Assembly (NCBI GenBank): GCA_963772255.1
Contig: CAVYWK010000022.1
Span: forward strand, 65,388-129,387
Source: an uncultured Acidobacteriota bacterium
Lineage (GTDB): Bacteria; Acidobacteriota; UBA4820; DSQY01
Direction of reading: 5' to 3'
Length of the DNA stretch: 64,000 bases
Below the pieces are notes generated by a model, which was not told where the DNA came from, searched no databases, and saw nothing but the letters and a program-made list of their open reading frames with translations. A program made the translations under genes and the position numbers. The stretch's first letter is position 1. Each line of letters begins with the position of its first letter. Below are positions 1 through 9,604 of the stretch, piece by piece.

Positions 1-1499
1 GCGAGCCACCACGCCGTGACGGGTGAATAGCGGGGCATCTCCGAGATCGAAAATCCGCCGTACCCCGTGAGGAAGCACGGGGCGCTCCCGTTTCTGACGA
101 GGCCCTTCTTATGGACCAGGAACATGGAGATCCGGGTGCCATCCTTGCTCGGAACCCAGACCTGTTCCGTCACCACGTCGCCGAGATTCACCGAAACTTT
201 GGGTTGGAAAAAGGGTACCAGGTCGTTCCTCGCGAAGTCGTAACGGTAGACCGAGGGCGGGGTCGCGAAGGATGTGAAGGGGAGGAACACAAGGTCGCTG
301 TTCCACCGGCCCGACACGCCCGAGACCGTGCCCAGCGAAGGGAGGGGAATTTCCTGCTGGAGCTCGCCGTCCAGGCCGTAGAGCCTGAGCTGGGACGTGG
401 CGTCGTGGAGCATCTGCACGAGCAGCCGGCCGTTCATGACGCCGATGCTCTGGATGGCGTCCTTGCTCTCCGGGATGAGAAGCTCCCAGGCGTCGCGCTG
501 GGGCTTTTTGAGGTCCACGGCGAACACCTGGCCGTTGGGAGCCCCTTCGGTGGTCCGGCAGAAGAAGACATCCCCCAGGATCTCTCCGTCATAGGCGTCG
601 TGGGACCCCTTGGCGAGCTGCATGAGGGCTCCCGTCTGAAGATCCTTCACGTAGATTTCCGTGTTGCGGTCGCTCCCCTCCGCCGCGGTGATGAGGAGGT
701 AGCGGTTCGTGCTCGACAGGCCCAGCTCAAAACCTACTTCCTTCTTGGCGGGTATGGAGAATACGAGAGTGTCCTGCTCGGGATCCGTGCCCAGCTTGTG
801 GAAGAGGATTCGCTGGTTGTAGTTGATCTCGTTGGGGGAAACGGTCCCCGGCCTGGGAAATCGGGTGTAGTAAAAGCCGCTTTCGTCCCGGAGCCAGGCG
901 ATGGAGCACGAGCGGCAGCCGTCCATCACATCGGGGCGGTCCTTGCCCGTAGCCGTTTCGCGCACGCGAAGAACGCTCTGCTCATCCCCGTTGGTGGAAG
1001 CTCCGTAAGCGACGAAGGCGCCCTTTTCGCTGGGGTACCACCAGTCCAGGGCCACGGTGCCGTCGGAGGAGAGCGCATTGGGGTCGATGAGCACCCTCGG
1101 CGTACCCGCCAGCCCCTCCTGGACATAGACGGGTGACTGGTTCTGCAATCCGTCGTTTTTGGAATAGAAGAGATAGGGGCCGGCCTGGGCGGGCGTCCCG
1201 TGGCGGGGGTAGTCCCAAAGCGTTTTGAGCTGGCGTGCGATGAGGGCCCTTTCGGGGAGCGCGTCCAGGAACTTGCGGGTGAGCGCGTTCTGGGCCTCGG
1301 TCCACGCCAGTACCTCCGGATTGTCGCCCTGCTCCAACCATCGATAGGGATCCTCCACCTTGGTGCCGAAGTAGTCGTCCGTCACCGTCCGGATCGGCGT
1401 AGGGGGATAGGCGGGCCTGGTGGGAGGTGCCGCCGAAGCGGCGAGGAGCGCGGACGCGGCACCGAATAGGAGGCACAGGGTAATGAGTTTTTTAGGCAC
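1..1499 (-). CDS. prolyl oligopeptidase (peptidase S9A), N-terminal ~500 aa; the 3' end runs off the window
   Basis: Absent from the ORF track because it has no in-window stop. Reading the reverse complement from GTG at 1499-1497 (AAGGAGAA upstream) gives VPKKLITLCLLFGAASALLA (signal peptide) ..TVTDDYFGTKVEDPYRWLE..NPEVLAWTEAQN..FYSKNDGLQNQ..VPSKDGTRISMFLVHKKG. The frame is open and protein-like down to position 1. Confidence 0.85.
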   Translation of the reverse strand, partial: MPKKLITLCLLFGAASALLAASAAPPTRPAYPPTPIRTVTDDYFGTKVEDPYRWLEQGDNPEVLAWTEAQNALTRKFLDALPERALIARQLKTLWDYPRHGTPAQAGPYLFYSKNDGLQNQSPVYVQEGLAGTPRVLIDPNALSSDGTVALDWWYPSEKGAFVAYGASTNGDEQSVLRVRETATGKDRPDVMDGCRSCSIAWLRDESGFYYTRFPRPGTVSPNEINYNQRILFHKLGTDPEQDTLVFSIPAKKEVGFELGLSSTNRYLLITAAEGSDRNTEIYVKDLQTGALMQLAKGSHDAYDGEILGDVFFCRTTEGAPNGQVFAVDLKKPQRDAWELLIPESKDAIQSIGVMNGRLLVQMLHDATSQLRLYGLDGELQQEIPLPSLGTVSGVSGRWNSDLVFLPFTSFATPPSVYRYDFARNDLVPFFQPKVSVNLGDVVTEQVWVPSKDGTRISMFLVHKKGLVRNGSAPCFLTGYGGFSISEMPRYSPVTAWWL

Positions 1500-1622
1500 G
1501 AGATTCTCCTTAATCCATGGCGAGGCGGGCCCGGCGGTCCGGGCCAGGGTTTAGTTTAGCCGCTTGGCCCTCCGGAGCCAAACGCCTGCCGTGATAAGAT
1601 AGTTGTCATGGAGGTGCAGGAC

Positions 1623-1994
1623 ATGGACCCTCGCAAGCTCTGGGCGCTCGTGCTGGGAAGCTGCACGCTGGTGATCCAGGGCGTGTCGCTGCTGCTCGCC
1701 TGGGGACCCTTCGATGCAGAAGGCGCCGGCGCTCCCTATTTCCTCATGGTCCTGATCGGCGGTCCGGTGTGCCTTCTGGCCGGACTTGTTCTCGGACTGC
1801 GTTGGAGCCGAACGGCGGGAGTGGCCCTGTGGATGGGCGGGGCTCTGGAGGCCTTGGGCATCGCGCTGAGGAGCGGGTCCATGGTGGGCCGTTACTTCCT
1901 GGGCTTGGTTCTCTTCGTCGTGCCGCAGGTCATCGTTGCCAGCCTCCTCTTGCTGTACGCCCGGGATTCCCAAAAGAGCTCCCGATCCCGCTGA
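1623..1994 (+). CDS. hypothetical integral membrane protein (about 4 TM segments)
   Basis: ORF track 1608..1994. It has four long hydrophobic stretches. The second ATG (1623) has GGAGG 8 nt upstream, so I prefer it over 1608. Confidence 0.5.
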   Translation: MDPRKLWALVLGSCTLVIQGVSLLLAWGPFDAEGAGAPYFLMVLIGGPVCLLAGLVLGLRWSRTAGVALWMGGALEALGIALRSGSMVGRYFLGLVLFVVPQVIVASLLLLYARDSQKSSRSR

Positions 1995-2038
1995 CGGTTT
2001 GCCGCGAGGGGCGGACCTTGACTTGCCTGGAGGAATGC

Positions 2039-2851
2039 ATGCCCCACGACCACTCCAAAGAAGCCGACGCCCTGCTGGACCAGGAGTTCCCCGTCCTCGA
2101 CAAGGGGTTCGTTCGCCTCGTGGATTACATGGGCGGCGATGGACGGATCGTGGCCTCGGCCCGAGTCTCCTACGGCAAGGGCACCAAGACCCTTCGCGAG
2201 GACGAGGTGCTCATCAACTACCTCATGCGGCACGAGCACACGTCGCCCTTCGAGCAGGTGGTTCTGACCTTTCACGTGAAGTTGCCCATCTTTGTGGCGC
2301 GGCAGTGGATCCGCCACCGCACGGCGCGCGTGAACGAGATTTCCGGGCGCTATTCAGTGATGAAAGATGAGTGTTACATGCCCGACCGGGAGACCCTCCG
2401 GACCCAGAGCGACATCAACAAGCAGGGGCGTGCTGAGGTGCCGGTCTCACCGGAGGCCGCCCGGCGCATCCTCTCGGAGCTCGAGACCGGCCAGCGCGAG
2501 GCCTACGGCCGATACGAGGCCATGCTCGGGGACGACCTTGCCCGCGAGGTGGCTCGCGTGGCGCTGCCGCTCAGCCTCTACACGGAATGGTACTGGCAGA
2601 TCGATCTGCACAACCTCTTCCACTTCCTCAAACTCAGGCTTGATGCCCACGCCCAGTGGGAGATCCAGCAGTACGCCAAAGTCATGGCTCAGATCACCAA
2701 GGCCGTGGCCCCGCTCGCCTACGCGGCCTTCGAGCGTTACGAACTGAGAGAAGTGAAATTCAGCCTGGAGACGCTGGAGTGGCTGCGGAAGCACGTCTCG
2801 CGTGACCAGGACTTACCCCTGGAGCTCCGCGAGCGGCTGGATGTGAAGTAG
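2039..2851 (+). CDS. thyX: flavin-dependent thymidylate synthase ThyX
   Basis: This is the inner part of ORF 1769..2851. It contains the RHRX7S ThyX motif (WIRHRTARVNEISGRYS). ATG 2039 is preceded by GGAGGA. The upstream part of the long ORF overlaps the preceding membrane gene and is not protein-like. Confidence 0.9.
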   Translation: MPHDHSKEADALLDQEFPVLDKGFVRLVDYMGGDGRIVASARVSYGKGTKTLREDEVLINYLMRHEHTSPFEQVVLTFHVKLPIFVARQWIRHRTARVNEISGRYSVMKDECYMPDRETLRTQSDINKQGRAEVPVSPEAARRILSELETGQREAYGRYEAMLGDDLAREVARVALPLSLYTEWYWQIDLHNLFHFLKLRLDAHAQWEIQQYAKVMAQITKAVAPLAYAAFERYELREVKFSLETLEWLRKHVSRDQDLPLELRERLDVK

Positions 2852-2916
2852 GACCCCGCGCCGTCCCGGGAGCACGCATAACGAGACATCCATGAGGGTC
2901 GGATTGGAGAACTGGC

Positions 2917-3135
2917 GTGTCCTTTGACCCCACTTGGTTATTTCTGTCCGTCATCATCAGCGGCGTGGGCCTGGCCCTGTTCATCTACGGCAAGAAGCAG
3001 GCGCGCATCCCGCATCTCGTGGCAGGCCTGATCCTCATGGTCTACACCTACGTCGTGACGGGCACCCTGTGGATGCTTATCATCGCTGCGGTCGTCCTGC
3101 TTGCCCTTTGGTGGGCCGTGAGGCAGGGGTGGTAG
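2917..3135 (+). CDS. small hydrophobic membrane protein (72 aa), function unknown
   Basis: ORF track. It has two long TM-like stretches and is followed directly by a GTGAAAA-type repeat array. Confidence 0.5.
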   Translation: MSFDPTWLFLSVIISGVGLALFIYGKKQARIPHLVAGLILMVYTYVVTGTLWMLIIAAVVLLALWWAVRQGW

Positions 3136-3142
3136 AAGGGAT

Positions 3143-3185
3143 AGTGAAAAGTAAAGAGTGAAAAGTGAGAAGTAGGAGAAAGTGC
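3143..3185. repeat. period-7 tandem repeat array (GTGAAAA/GTGAGAA type), single arm
   Basis: The sequence agtgaaaagtaaagagtgaaaagtgagaagtaggagaaagtg lies directly after the stop of the 2917..3135 gene. Confidence 0.7.
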
Positions 3186-3304
3186 CAACCCGGAGAAGAG
3201 TCGAGATGGTCGCGAGCCGGTGGGACAGGGGACATAAGAGAGGCCGTTACCAGCGGTAGCTTCTGACGGGTATCGCACCATTTTCAGTTCAAGATCCGTC
3301 TGGC

Positions 3305-3493
3305 CTACTTCTGTCCCCCGCCCCCATGCTCCTCCGTCTTTTCACTTCGCCGCTTCCCCTTCCGCTCCTCCACGGCCCGCTTGAGGACATATTCGATCTG
3401 CCCGTTCACGCTGCGCAGTTCGTCCGAGGCCCAGCGGTTCAGCTCGGCCCAAAGTTCGGGAGAGATCCTAAGGAGGAAGGCCTTCTTTTCCAC
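3305..3493 (-). CDS. ribbon-helix-helix (Arc/CopG-like) small DNA-binding protein
   Basis: 62 aa. The N-terminal [35 protein letters not shown] matches the beta-strand plus two-helix RHH pattern. Confidence 0.55.
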   Translation of the reverse strand: MEKKAFLLRISPELWAELNRWASDELRSVNGQIEYVLKRAVEERKGKRRSEKTEEHGGGGQK

Positions 3494-3540
3494 AGAGTCC
3501 TCCCACTTTCCGCCCTGCCTGTTCCCACCTCAGGGGGTGC

Positions 3541-3568
3541 CTCTCCCGCTCCCTGCTCCCGGCTCCCA
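3541..3568. repeat. period-7 repeat array (GCTCCCN, complement of GGGAGCR), single arm
   Basis: The sequence ctctcccgctccctgctcccggctccca lies between the SPFH gene stop and the RHH gene start. Confidence 0.7.
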
Positions 3569-3576
3569 GATTTCGC

Positions 3577-4482
3577 CTAGTACAGGCTTCCGGTGTTCAC
3601 CACGGGATGGGGGTCCCGGTTCCCGCAGAGCACCACGAGGAGGTTGCTGATCATGGCGGCCTTGCGCTCCTCGTCCAGCTCCACCACGTGCTCCTCGCTC
3701 AGTTTGGCCAGGGCCATCTGGACCATGCTCACGGCGCCCTCCACGATCTTCCGGCGCGCTGCGATGATGGCTGAAGCTTGCTGGCGCTGGAGCATGGCGC
3801 CGGCGATCTCCGCGGCATAGGCAAGATGGCTCAGCCGGGCCTCCTCGACCTTGACGCCCGCCTTGGTGAGGCGCTCGTGCAGCTCCTTTTCCAGCGCCAC
3901 GGACACCTCGTCGATGTTGGCGCGAAGGGAGATGGCCCGATCGTCCCCCTCCTCCCACGAATCGTAGGGGTAGGTGCTGGCCAGGTGCCGCAGGGCCGAC
4001 TCGCTTTGGACCTTGACGAAATCCGCGTAGTTCACCACATCGAAGCACGCGGCGAAAGTATCCTGGACTTTCCACACCACCACCGCGGCGATCTCGATGG
4101 GATTGCCGGCCTTGTCGTTGACCTTCAGCTTGTCTCCGTTGAGGTTGTAGGAGCGCAGGGAGATTTTGCGCTTCACCGAGAAGGGGTTCACCCACCAGAA
4201 TCCGTAGGCCTTCACCGTGCCCGTGTAGCGGCCGAAGAGCGTCAGGACTCCCGCCTCGTTGGGGAGGAGGATGAAGAACCCCTTGGTGGTGATGGCCCCC
4301 GCGGCCACCAGCAGGCCACCGCAGACCATGAGCGCGATCCCCAACACGGGGACTCTGCCGGCGCTCTTTTCCAAATGGGTGGCGCCGTTGATGAGCAAGA
4401 CGGGCGCCGCCAAGAATAGAAGGACATTGACGAACACCATGGGCCAGCCGTTGATTGCGGAAGTGATCTTTTCCTGGTACAT
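3577..4482 (-). CDS. SPFH/band-7 (stomatin/prohibitin-like) membrane protein
   Basis: 301 aa. It has an N-terminal TM region followed by a band-7-like core ([24 protein letters not shown]..) and an Ala/Gln-rich coiled C-terminal part ([21 protein letters not shown]). Confidence 0.85.
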   Translation of the reverse strand: MYQEKITSAINGWPMVFVNVLLFLAAPVLLINGATHLEKSAGRVPVLGIALMVCGGLLVAAGAITTKGFFILLPNEAGVLTLFGRYTGTVKAYGFWWVNPFSVKRKISLRSYNLNGDKLKVNDKAGNPIEIAAVVVWKVQDTFAACFDVVNYADFVKVQSESALRHLASTYPYDSWEEGDDRAISLRANIDEVSVALEKELHERLTKAGVKVEEARLSHLAYAAEIAGAMLQRQQASAIIAARRKIVEGAVSMVQMALAKLSEEHVVELDEERKAAMISNLLVVLCGNRDPHPVVNTGSLY

Positions 4483-4517
4483 GAGAACCCTCCAATTGAT
4501 ACCTATATGATATCACT

Positions 4518-5612
4518 ATGATTTCACTTTGTCAAGGGGGGGTGGCCACCGCCCAACCGCGGGGTGACTTGCGCGTCACCGCAAGAATGGCTAATCTTCC
4601 AAAGGGCGATGGCGACCCGCCCCGCCCGGAGGCGTGCTCGGTGCGTAAACGGACTCGGCTGGCTTTGTTTCTGATCTTGAACGCCCTCCTCGTCTCGGGA
4701 GGGTTGGCCTGGCATATCGTCCCACCGCGTCGTTCGCTCTCGCCATCGTTGCCTTCGCCTCCTCCTCACGATGAGCATGGAAGGGCACCGCGCCGTGAGT
4801 GGGCGGGGCTGGACCGGACCCGCCTGGCCCTCCGGTCGAGCGCCGCTCTGGTGGCCGACCAGGGCACGGGTGAACTGCTCTACGAGAAGGATGCGGAACG
4901 CGTGACCTCCATCGCCTCCATCACCAAACTCATGACGGCCATGGTGATTCTCGACGCGCGGTTGCCCATGGGCGAGCCGGTGACGGTGACCCAGGACGAT
5001 GTGGACACTCTTCGCAACTCCCTCTCTCGCCTTCCCGTGGGCTGGACGCTGACCCGCGAGGAGATGCTTCGCCTAGCCCTCATGGCCTCGGAAAACCGTG
5101 CCGCATCGGCCCTGGCCCGAACCTTCCCGGGCGGGACCGAAGCCTTCGTCGCCGCCATGAATGCCAAGGCCCTGGCCCTGGGAATGGGGCATACCCGCTT
5201 CGTGGATCCGCACGGACTCCACGCCGACAACGCCTCCACGGCGAGGGATCTCCTCCTCATGGCCAACGCCGCCTACGGTTACCCGACGATCCGGCGGATG
5301 ACCACGACGCCAAGCTATACCGTCGTCTCTCTGGGCTCGGGCCGAAGCCGTACCTTCGGCAACTCGGACTACCTCGTGGCGAGCGACCGCTGGGTGGTGG
5401 GATTGAGCAAGACCGGGTTCATCAACGAGTCGGGCTACTGCCTCGTCCTCCAGGCCACCATCAAGGAGCGGCCCGTGGTCATGGTCTTTCTGGACAGTGT
5501 CGGCAAGCACTCCCGTCAGGGAGATGCGGCGCGCGTCCGGGCCTGGCTGGAGACGGGTTCCGGAGACATGGCACTGGGCAGGAGAAGCCTCGACAGACAG
5601 CCTGCGGGGTAG
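4518..5612 (+). CDS. D-alanyl-D-alanine endopeptidase/carboxypeptidase (peptidase S11, PBP7/PbpG-like)
   Basis: Motifs SxxK (SITK), SxN (SEN) and KTG (SKTG) occur in the right order. The start is uncertain (4518, or ATG 4587). Confidence 0.8.
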   Translation: MISLCQGGVATAQPRGDLRVTARMANLPKGDGDPPRPEACSVRKRTRLALFLILNALLVSGGLAWHIVPPRRSLSPSLPSPPPHDEHGRAPRREWAGLDRTRLALRSSAALVADQGTGELLYEKDAERVTSIASITKLMTAMVILDARLPMGEPVTVTQDDVDTLRNSLSRLPVGWTLTREEMLRLALMASENRAASALARTFPGGTEAFVAAMNAKALALGMGHTRFVDPHGLHADNASTARDLLLMANAAYGYPTIRRMTTTPSYTVVSLGSGRSRTFGNSDYLVASDRWVVGLSKTGFINESGYCLVLQATIKERPVVMVFLDSVGKHSRQGDAARVRAWLETGSGDMALGRRSLDRQPAG

Positions 5613-5639
5613 GGGCGGACTCCACCCGGTCTGACCAGA

Positions 5640-6629
5640 TCACGCCTCATCACGGTGTCGACATTCCCGCGCCAAACCTTGGGCCAGCGCAGAGATGTGG
5701 GCCGCATCCGTGCCACAGCACCCGCCGAGCACCCGCAGGCCGAACCGGTCGCGCAGGGCGCACATGCCCGAAGCGAACGCCTCCGGTGCCTCCCCCTCCA
5801 GTTCCTCGGCGCCGTCCAGCTCTTCGGGGCTCTTGGGGGACGTATTGGCTTGGAGGCCCAGGAGCCTGCCCGTGTTCAGGGCGCGGCGGCCGGCCGGTGC
5901 GCACAGGGCCGAGCTCAAAGCCGAGCTGTGCACGCAGTTCACCAGGTAGCCTAGAGGACGTGGAGACACCTCTTCGTCCATGCGCCACATGGCCTCATCC
6001 ATGGGTGTGCCATCCAGCAGCCGGCCCGAAGGGCGCACGATGAAGCTCACCAGATAGGGACACCCGGTGGACGCGAGCGCCTCCGCCATGCCCAGCGCCT
6101 CGTGGATCTCGGGCATGGTGGAGGCCATGAGGACGTCGGCCCCCGCTCCGGCCAAGGCCCTCGCCTGGTCTTTGTGAAATACGCTCGCCACTTCCCTGGG
6201 GAGGGCCTCCTCGGGCTTGTACGCATCGCCACGACAGCCCATGAGTCCACCGATGTAGACCTGTGCGGCATAGTCGCCGAAGGCCGTCCGAATTTCCTGG
6301 AGAAACCGGACCGCGTCCCCGTTGAGATCGCGCCCCGCAAAGGCCGACGCGGCGACCCGTTCCGGATTGGCCCGCCACGTGGGCGTCAGGCTGAGGAGCG
6401 GCAGGTCGTTGGAGCGCCCGATCTCCATGTATTCGCTATAGATTTGCCGAAGAAGAACGCGCCCCGCCTCCATGTAGATCAAGGGCGCGTTCATGAGGAG
6501 AGGATCTAGCAGGCTCGGCGCGCCCCGGCGGATGCGCTCCACCACCGCGCCTTCCATGAGCACGGGCATCGAGGCCGAGAAGAGTTCGGCCAAGGACCGC
6601 TGCCTTGCCGACGCGGGCATTCTAGACAC
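5640..6629 (-). CDS. homocysteine S-methyltransferase family protein
   Basis: 329 aa with the C-terminal zinc-binding GGCCGT motif and overall Pfam S-methyl_trans-like layout. Confidence 0.8.
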   Translation of the reverse strand: MSRMPASARQRSLAELFSASMPVLMEGAVVERIRRGAPSLLDPLLMNAPLIYMEAGRVLLRQIYSEYMEIGRSNDLPLLSLTPTWRANPERVAASAFAGRDLNGDAVRFLQEIRTAFGDYAAQVYIGGLMGCRGDAYKPEEALPREVASVFHKDQARALAGAGADVLMASTMPEIHEALGMAEALASTGCPYLVSFIVRPSGRLLDGTPMDEAMWRMDEEVSPRPLGYLVNCVHSSALSSALCAPAGRRALNTGRLLGLQANTSPKSPEELDGAEELEGEAPEAFASGMCALRDRFGLRVLGGCCGTDAAHISALAQGLARECRHRDEA

Positions 6630-6635
6630 GCCCCA

Positions 6636-7769
6636 TCAGTCGGAGACTTCGACGAATTTGCCCTGGTTCACCTGCCAGACGGTGTATCGCACCTCTGTGC
6701 GGTCGCCCTTGTCGTTGAAGCGGATGGGCCCGTAAACCGTCGGAAAGACCTCCCGGTGGAGGGCGTCGCGGATGGTGCGTGCAGAGATGGGCGTCACCGC
6801 CTTGGAGACCGCCGCCAAGCCCACCTGGGCCGCCATGTAGCCGTAAACCCCGAAAGGCCCCGGTTCGGCTCCGTACTTCTGGAGGTAGGCCGCTCGAAAA
6901 GCCATGACGTCGGCGCTCGATGACTTTGCGGGGTCCGGGTAGAAGGTGACCAGCGTCCCTTCGGCGGCTTCCGGACCCGCCGCGGTGATAAAGGCGGGAC
7001 CGAAGCACCCATCCCCCGACATGAACTGGGCCCCGATGCCCGCCGCCCGCAGCGTCTTCAAGAGTCCTCCGCCCTCGGCTTCGACCCCCCCGAAGTAGAT
7101 GATCTCGGGGCGCGCCGCCTTGACCTTGGCCACCAGGTCCTCCACCTTGGAGACGCTCCCGGGAAGCTCCTCGTGGAGCACCACTGCGGCGCCGGAGAGG
7201 AACTCCAGGGCTTTGGTGAATTCGTCCCCGAGGCCTCGCCCGTAGTCCGAGGGGGCGTAGATGACCGCGATCCTGTGTCCGGGCGCGTGCGCCGTGAGCC
7301 ATACGGCCGCGGCCTTTCCCTGCGCATCATCCCGTCCGCAAACCCGGAAGGCCCCCGTGTCGCCGCTGTCCGTCAGGCGGGTGTTGGTGGCCGTCGGCGA
7401 GATCATGACGACCCCGTGAGCCTTGTAGATGGGGAAGGTGGCGAGGGAGCACCCCGAATCCACATGACCCACCACAAAGAGGGGATGGCGCGCCACGAGG
7501 ATCTCGGCCACCTCAGCGGCCTTCAGGGGAGAATCCAAATCGTCTTCCGAAAACACTTCGATCTTTCGCCCCCGGACGCCGCCCAAGGCGTTCCATTCGT
7601 CGGCCGCCAGGGTGGCACCGTTGAGGACCTCCCGCCCGATGGTCGATTGGGGCCCCGTGAGGGGTCCCGCCACCGCCATGCGGACCTCCCTGGGGCGGTC
7701 GCAAGAAAGCAAACCAAGCAAGAACAGCCCTGCGCTGATTCCGGCGAAGAACTTTGCCCGCTTATTCAT
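6636..7769 (-). CDS. ABC transporter substrate-binding lipoprotein, branched-chain amino acid (LivK/Leu-Ile-Val-binding) family
   Basis: 377 aa. It has a lipoprotein signal (LLGLLSC) and the type-I periplasmic binding protein pattern (MAVAGPLTGPQSTIGREVLNGATLAADEWN). Confidence 0.85.
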   Translation of the reverse strand: MNKRAKFFAGISAGLFLLGLLSCDRPREVRMAVAGPLTGPQSTIGREVLNGATLAADEWNALGGVRGRKIEVFSEDDLDSPLKAAEVAEILVARHPLFVVGHVDSGCSLATFPIYKAHGVVMISPTATNTRLTDSGDTGAFRVCGRDDAQGKAAAVWLTAHAPGHRIAVIYAPSDYGRGLGDEFTKALEFLSGAAVVLHEELPGSVSKVEDLVAKVKAARPEIIYFGGVEAEGGGLLKTLRAAGIGAQFMSGDGCFGPAFITAAGPEAAEGTLVTFYPDPAKSSSADVMAFRAAYLQKYGAEPGPFGVYGYMAAQVGLAAVSKAVTPISARTIRDALHREVFPTVYGPIRFNDKGDRTEVRYTVWQVNQGKFVEVSD

Positions 7770-7867
7770 GGCCCCCCTCCAAGCTTTGCATATAATATAG
7801 GCCGAATTTCACATTTGGGCACTGTTGGTTGCGGCAGATTGTTTGCGGGGTCCTTCGGCAGTGCCCT

Positions 7868-8380
7868 TCAGCCCTCCCAGGCGTGTCCGCACGAGGCGCA
7901 CCTGAGCCATCCGCGTCCCGTGGCCGCTGAAACGAGGCTCTCGAAGAGGCTTTCTCGGATACCCTCGGGGGGCGTGGTGGATTCTACCTCTTCCGCCCCA
8001 CAGGAGGGACATTGGGGCGCACGGTTGGGGACGGGGCAGAGGTCGTGGGGATCGATGGCCTTCACGCCGTCCGCTTCCTGCACTTCTCCCTCGCCCGCCT
8101 GTGACTCCTGGCCCTCGTCTCGTTCTGGGTCTTCTGGCCCGCCAAAGGGCTTCCGGTGCATCTCCATGGCGCAGAGAATCTCCTCGGCATCTGCGGCCTT
8201 CGACGCCGGTACCTGCACGCGGACGGGACTGGGAAACGGAGCGAGGGTGTTCGCGTTGCGGTCGGGAATGAAGCAGCAAATCCCGGCCGCCGCCAAGATG
8301 TTTTGCGCCCAGTCGGCTTCCATGGGCACGGAGTATTCGCGGATGGTCACGATGGCTTCGTCGTGCGGGTTTCTGTCCAT
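7868..8380 (-). CDS. DUF2007-like (putative signal-transducing) domain protein with C-terminal CxxC..CxxC zinc ribbon
   Basis: 170 aa. The N-terminal ~65 aa resemble DUF2007, followed by an acidic linker. The C-terminal part has CPSCG ... CASCGH. Confidence 0.5.
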   Translation of the reverse strand: MDRNPHDEAIVTIREYSVPMEADWAQNILAAAGICCFIPDRNANTLAPFPSPVRVQVPASKAADAEEILCAMEMHRKPFGGPEDPERDEGQESQAGEGEVQEADGVKAIDPHDLCPVPNRAPQCPSCGAEEVESTTPPEGIRESLFESLVSAATGRGWLRCASCGHAWEG

Positions 8381-8562
8381 ATCGGAACAATAGGCTTCTC
8401 AAGCCTGTCGCGCAAGCGGGGAGGCGGGACACGGGCGTTCCACCGCGGTCTGACCCGATGCGAGGAAGGCGAGCCGGATGAGCCGAGGCATGCTTTAGCC
8501 TGCGTCGCAGGCCCGGACGGCGAGCCTGACAAAGCAGGCGGCCTGGCCCCGGCAGTGCCTCC

Positions 8563-9465
8563 CTATTGCGCCCATCGTTCGATGGACCCCAGCCCCGCCG
8601 CCCCCCCCACCGCCCCCAGCAGGATGCCGGCGCCTATGAGCAGCCCCTGGTCGCCCAACTCCAAAAATCCGTGGGAGACCCAATCCAACAGGAGCGCATC
8701 GGAGCCCCCGAACCGCTGGAGACAAAAGTGCACGGCGAGCAGAACCGAGAGGGCGCCCACGGCGGCCAGGGCGCCCATCATGAGGCCGCCGACTACGAAG
8801 GGCCCGCGGATGCTCGATCCGGTGGCGCCCACGAAGTGCAGGATGACGATCTCCTCCCTCCGGTTCAGTGCGATGATCCGGCAAATGGCGGCCACGGTGA
8901 AGACCGCCGCCAGACCGAGTGCACCGAAAAGCACCCATCCGAGCAACCCCACGAAGCGTGAATAGACCCTCAGCCGGTCAACCCAGTCCCAGTCGAAGAG
9001 AACCTGGGCCACTCCCGGCTCCTTTGCCGCGCGGGCGACGAGGGACCGGACCCGCGCCAGATCCAGGGGCGCCTTGAGCTTGAGGGAGAGGGACGGAGGG
9101 AGGGGGCTCGCGCCCGGGGTGGAACCCGCGGCCTGAAACGCCGGGGCGAGCCGCGCCAGAACCTTGAGGGCCTCCTCCGGCGAGATGTACTCCACCGAGC
9201 CTACGCAGGGATCCTGGCCGAAGATTTGCTCCAGCGCCTTCAGCCTTGAGGAACCCAGGTCGTCATCGAGGAAGACGCGCACCTCCAGGTCTTTCTCCCA
9301 CGTGCGGAGCAGGGCGTTCACGTTTCCGGTGATGTAACGAGAGAAGCCCAGCACGAACAGGGAGAGCGCCATGACGAACCACGCGAAACCGTAGAGCGCC
9401 TTGTTCCTCCTCAGATCCAGCAGGGCCTCCTGAAAAAAATAGATGAGGGTCCGCAGGAGGGTCAT
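8563..9465 (-). CDS. ftsX: cell division ABC transporter permease-like protein FtsX
   Basis: This is the inner part of ORF 8563..9588, starting at MTLLRTLIYFFQEALLDLRRNK. It has the periplasmic domain plus C-terminal TM bundle and lies downstream of ftsE. The longer ORF start lies inside a repeat hairpin. Confidence 0.85.
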   Translation of the reverse strand: MTLLRTLIYFFQEALLDLRRNKALYGFAWFVMALSLFVLGFSRYITGNVNALLRTWEKDLEVRVFLDDDLGSSRLKALEQIFGQDPCVGSVEYISPEEALKVLARLAPAFQAAGSTPGASPLPPSLSLKLKAPLDLARVRSLVARAAKEPGVAQVLFDWDWVDRLRVYSRFVGLLGWVLFGALGLAAVFTVAAICRIIALNRREEIVILHFVGATGSSIRGPFVVGGLMMGALAAVGALSVLLAVHFCLQRFGGSDALLLDWVSHGFLELGDQGLLIGAGILLGAVGGAAGLGSIERWAQ

Positions 9466-9470
9466 GGGGA

Positions 9471-9598
9471 GGAGGCCTCCGCGGAGAATGTGGAATGTGG
9501 AATGTGGAATGTGCGAATGTGGGAAGGGACATGCGCGAGGCCTCCTTGAGGGGAAGACGCCGCACATTCGCCATTCGCCCTTCGCCATTCGCCATTCG
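9471..9598. repeat. inverted pair of period-7 repeat arms (GGAATGT x4 / CATTCGC x5) between ftsE and ftsX
   Basis: Left arm: gagaatgtggaatgtggaatgtggaatgtgcgaatgtggg. Right arm: cacattcgccattcgcccttcgccattcgccattcg. Both are framed by GGAGGCCTCC palindromes at 9471 and 9537. Confidence 0.85.
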
Positions 9599-9604
9599 AG
9601 TCAT

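Noticed and set aside
111-1136. 341-aa plus-strand ORF at the start of the window
   Set aside because: It lies antisense to a continuous, clearly protein-like prolyl oligopeptidase frame. Its own sequence is Arg/Gly/Val/His-rich GC-shadow text with no recognisable motif.
2270-2350. Possible aberrant ThyX active-site motif (Arg where many ThyX have Ser after RHRxx)
   Set aside because: The published signature as I recall it is RHRX7S, and that is satisfied (RHR-TARVNEI-S). There is no basis for calling it unusual.
8563-9588. Long N-terminal extensions suggested by the ORF track (ftsX to 9588, ftsE to 10333, ogt to 24399, queF to 24773, rsmI to 59475, rluD to 63621, nrnA to 58714, glnE to 54238 and others)
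   Set aside because: The extensions run through repeat hairpins or overlap the upstream gene and are not protein-like. Internal starts have Shine-Dalgarno sequences or stop/start coupling, and they match the conserved N-termini I recognise.
9471-9598. Could the short-period arrays be CRISPR arrays?
   Set aside because: The units are 7-8 nt and directly tandem, with no spacers. Arrays are under 50 nt per arm. No cas genes are present.
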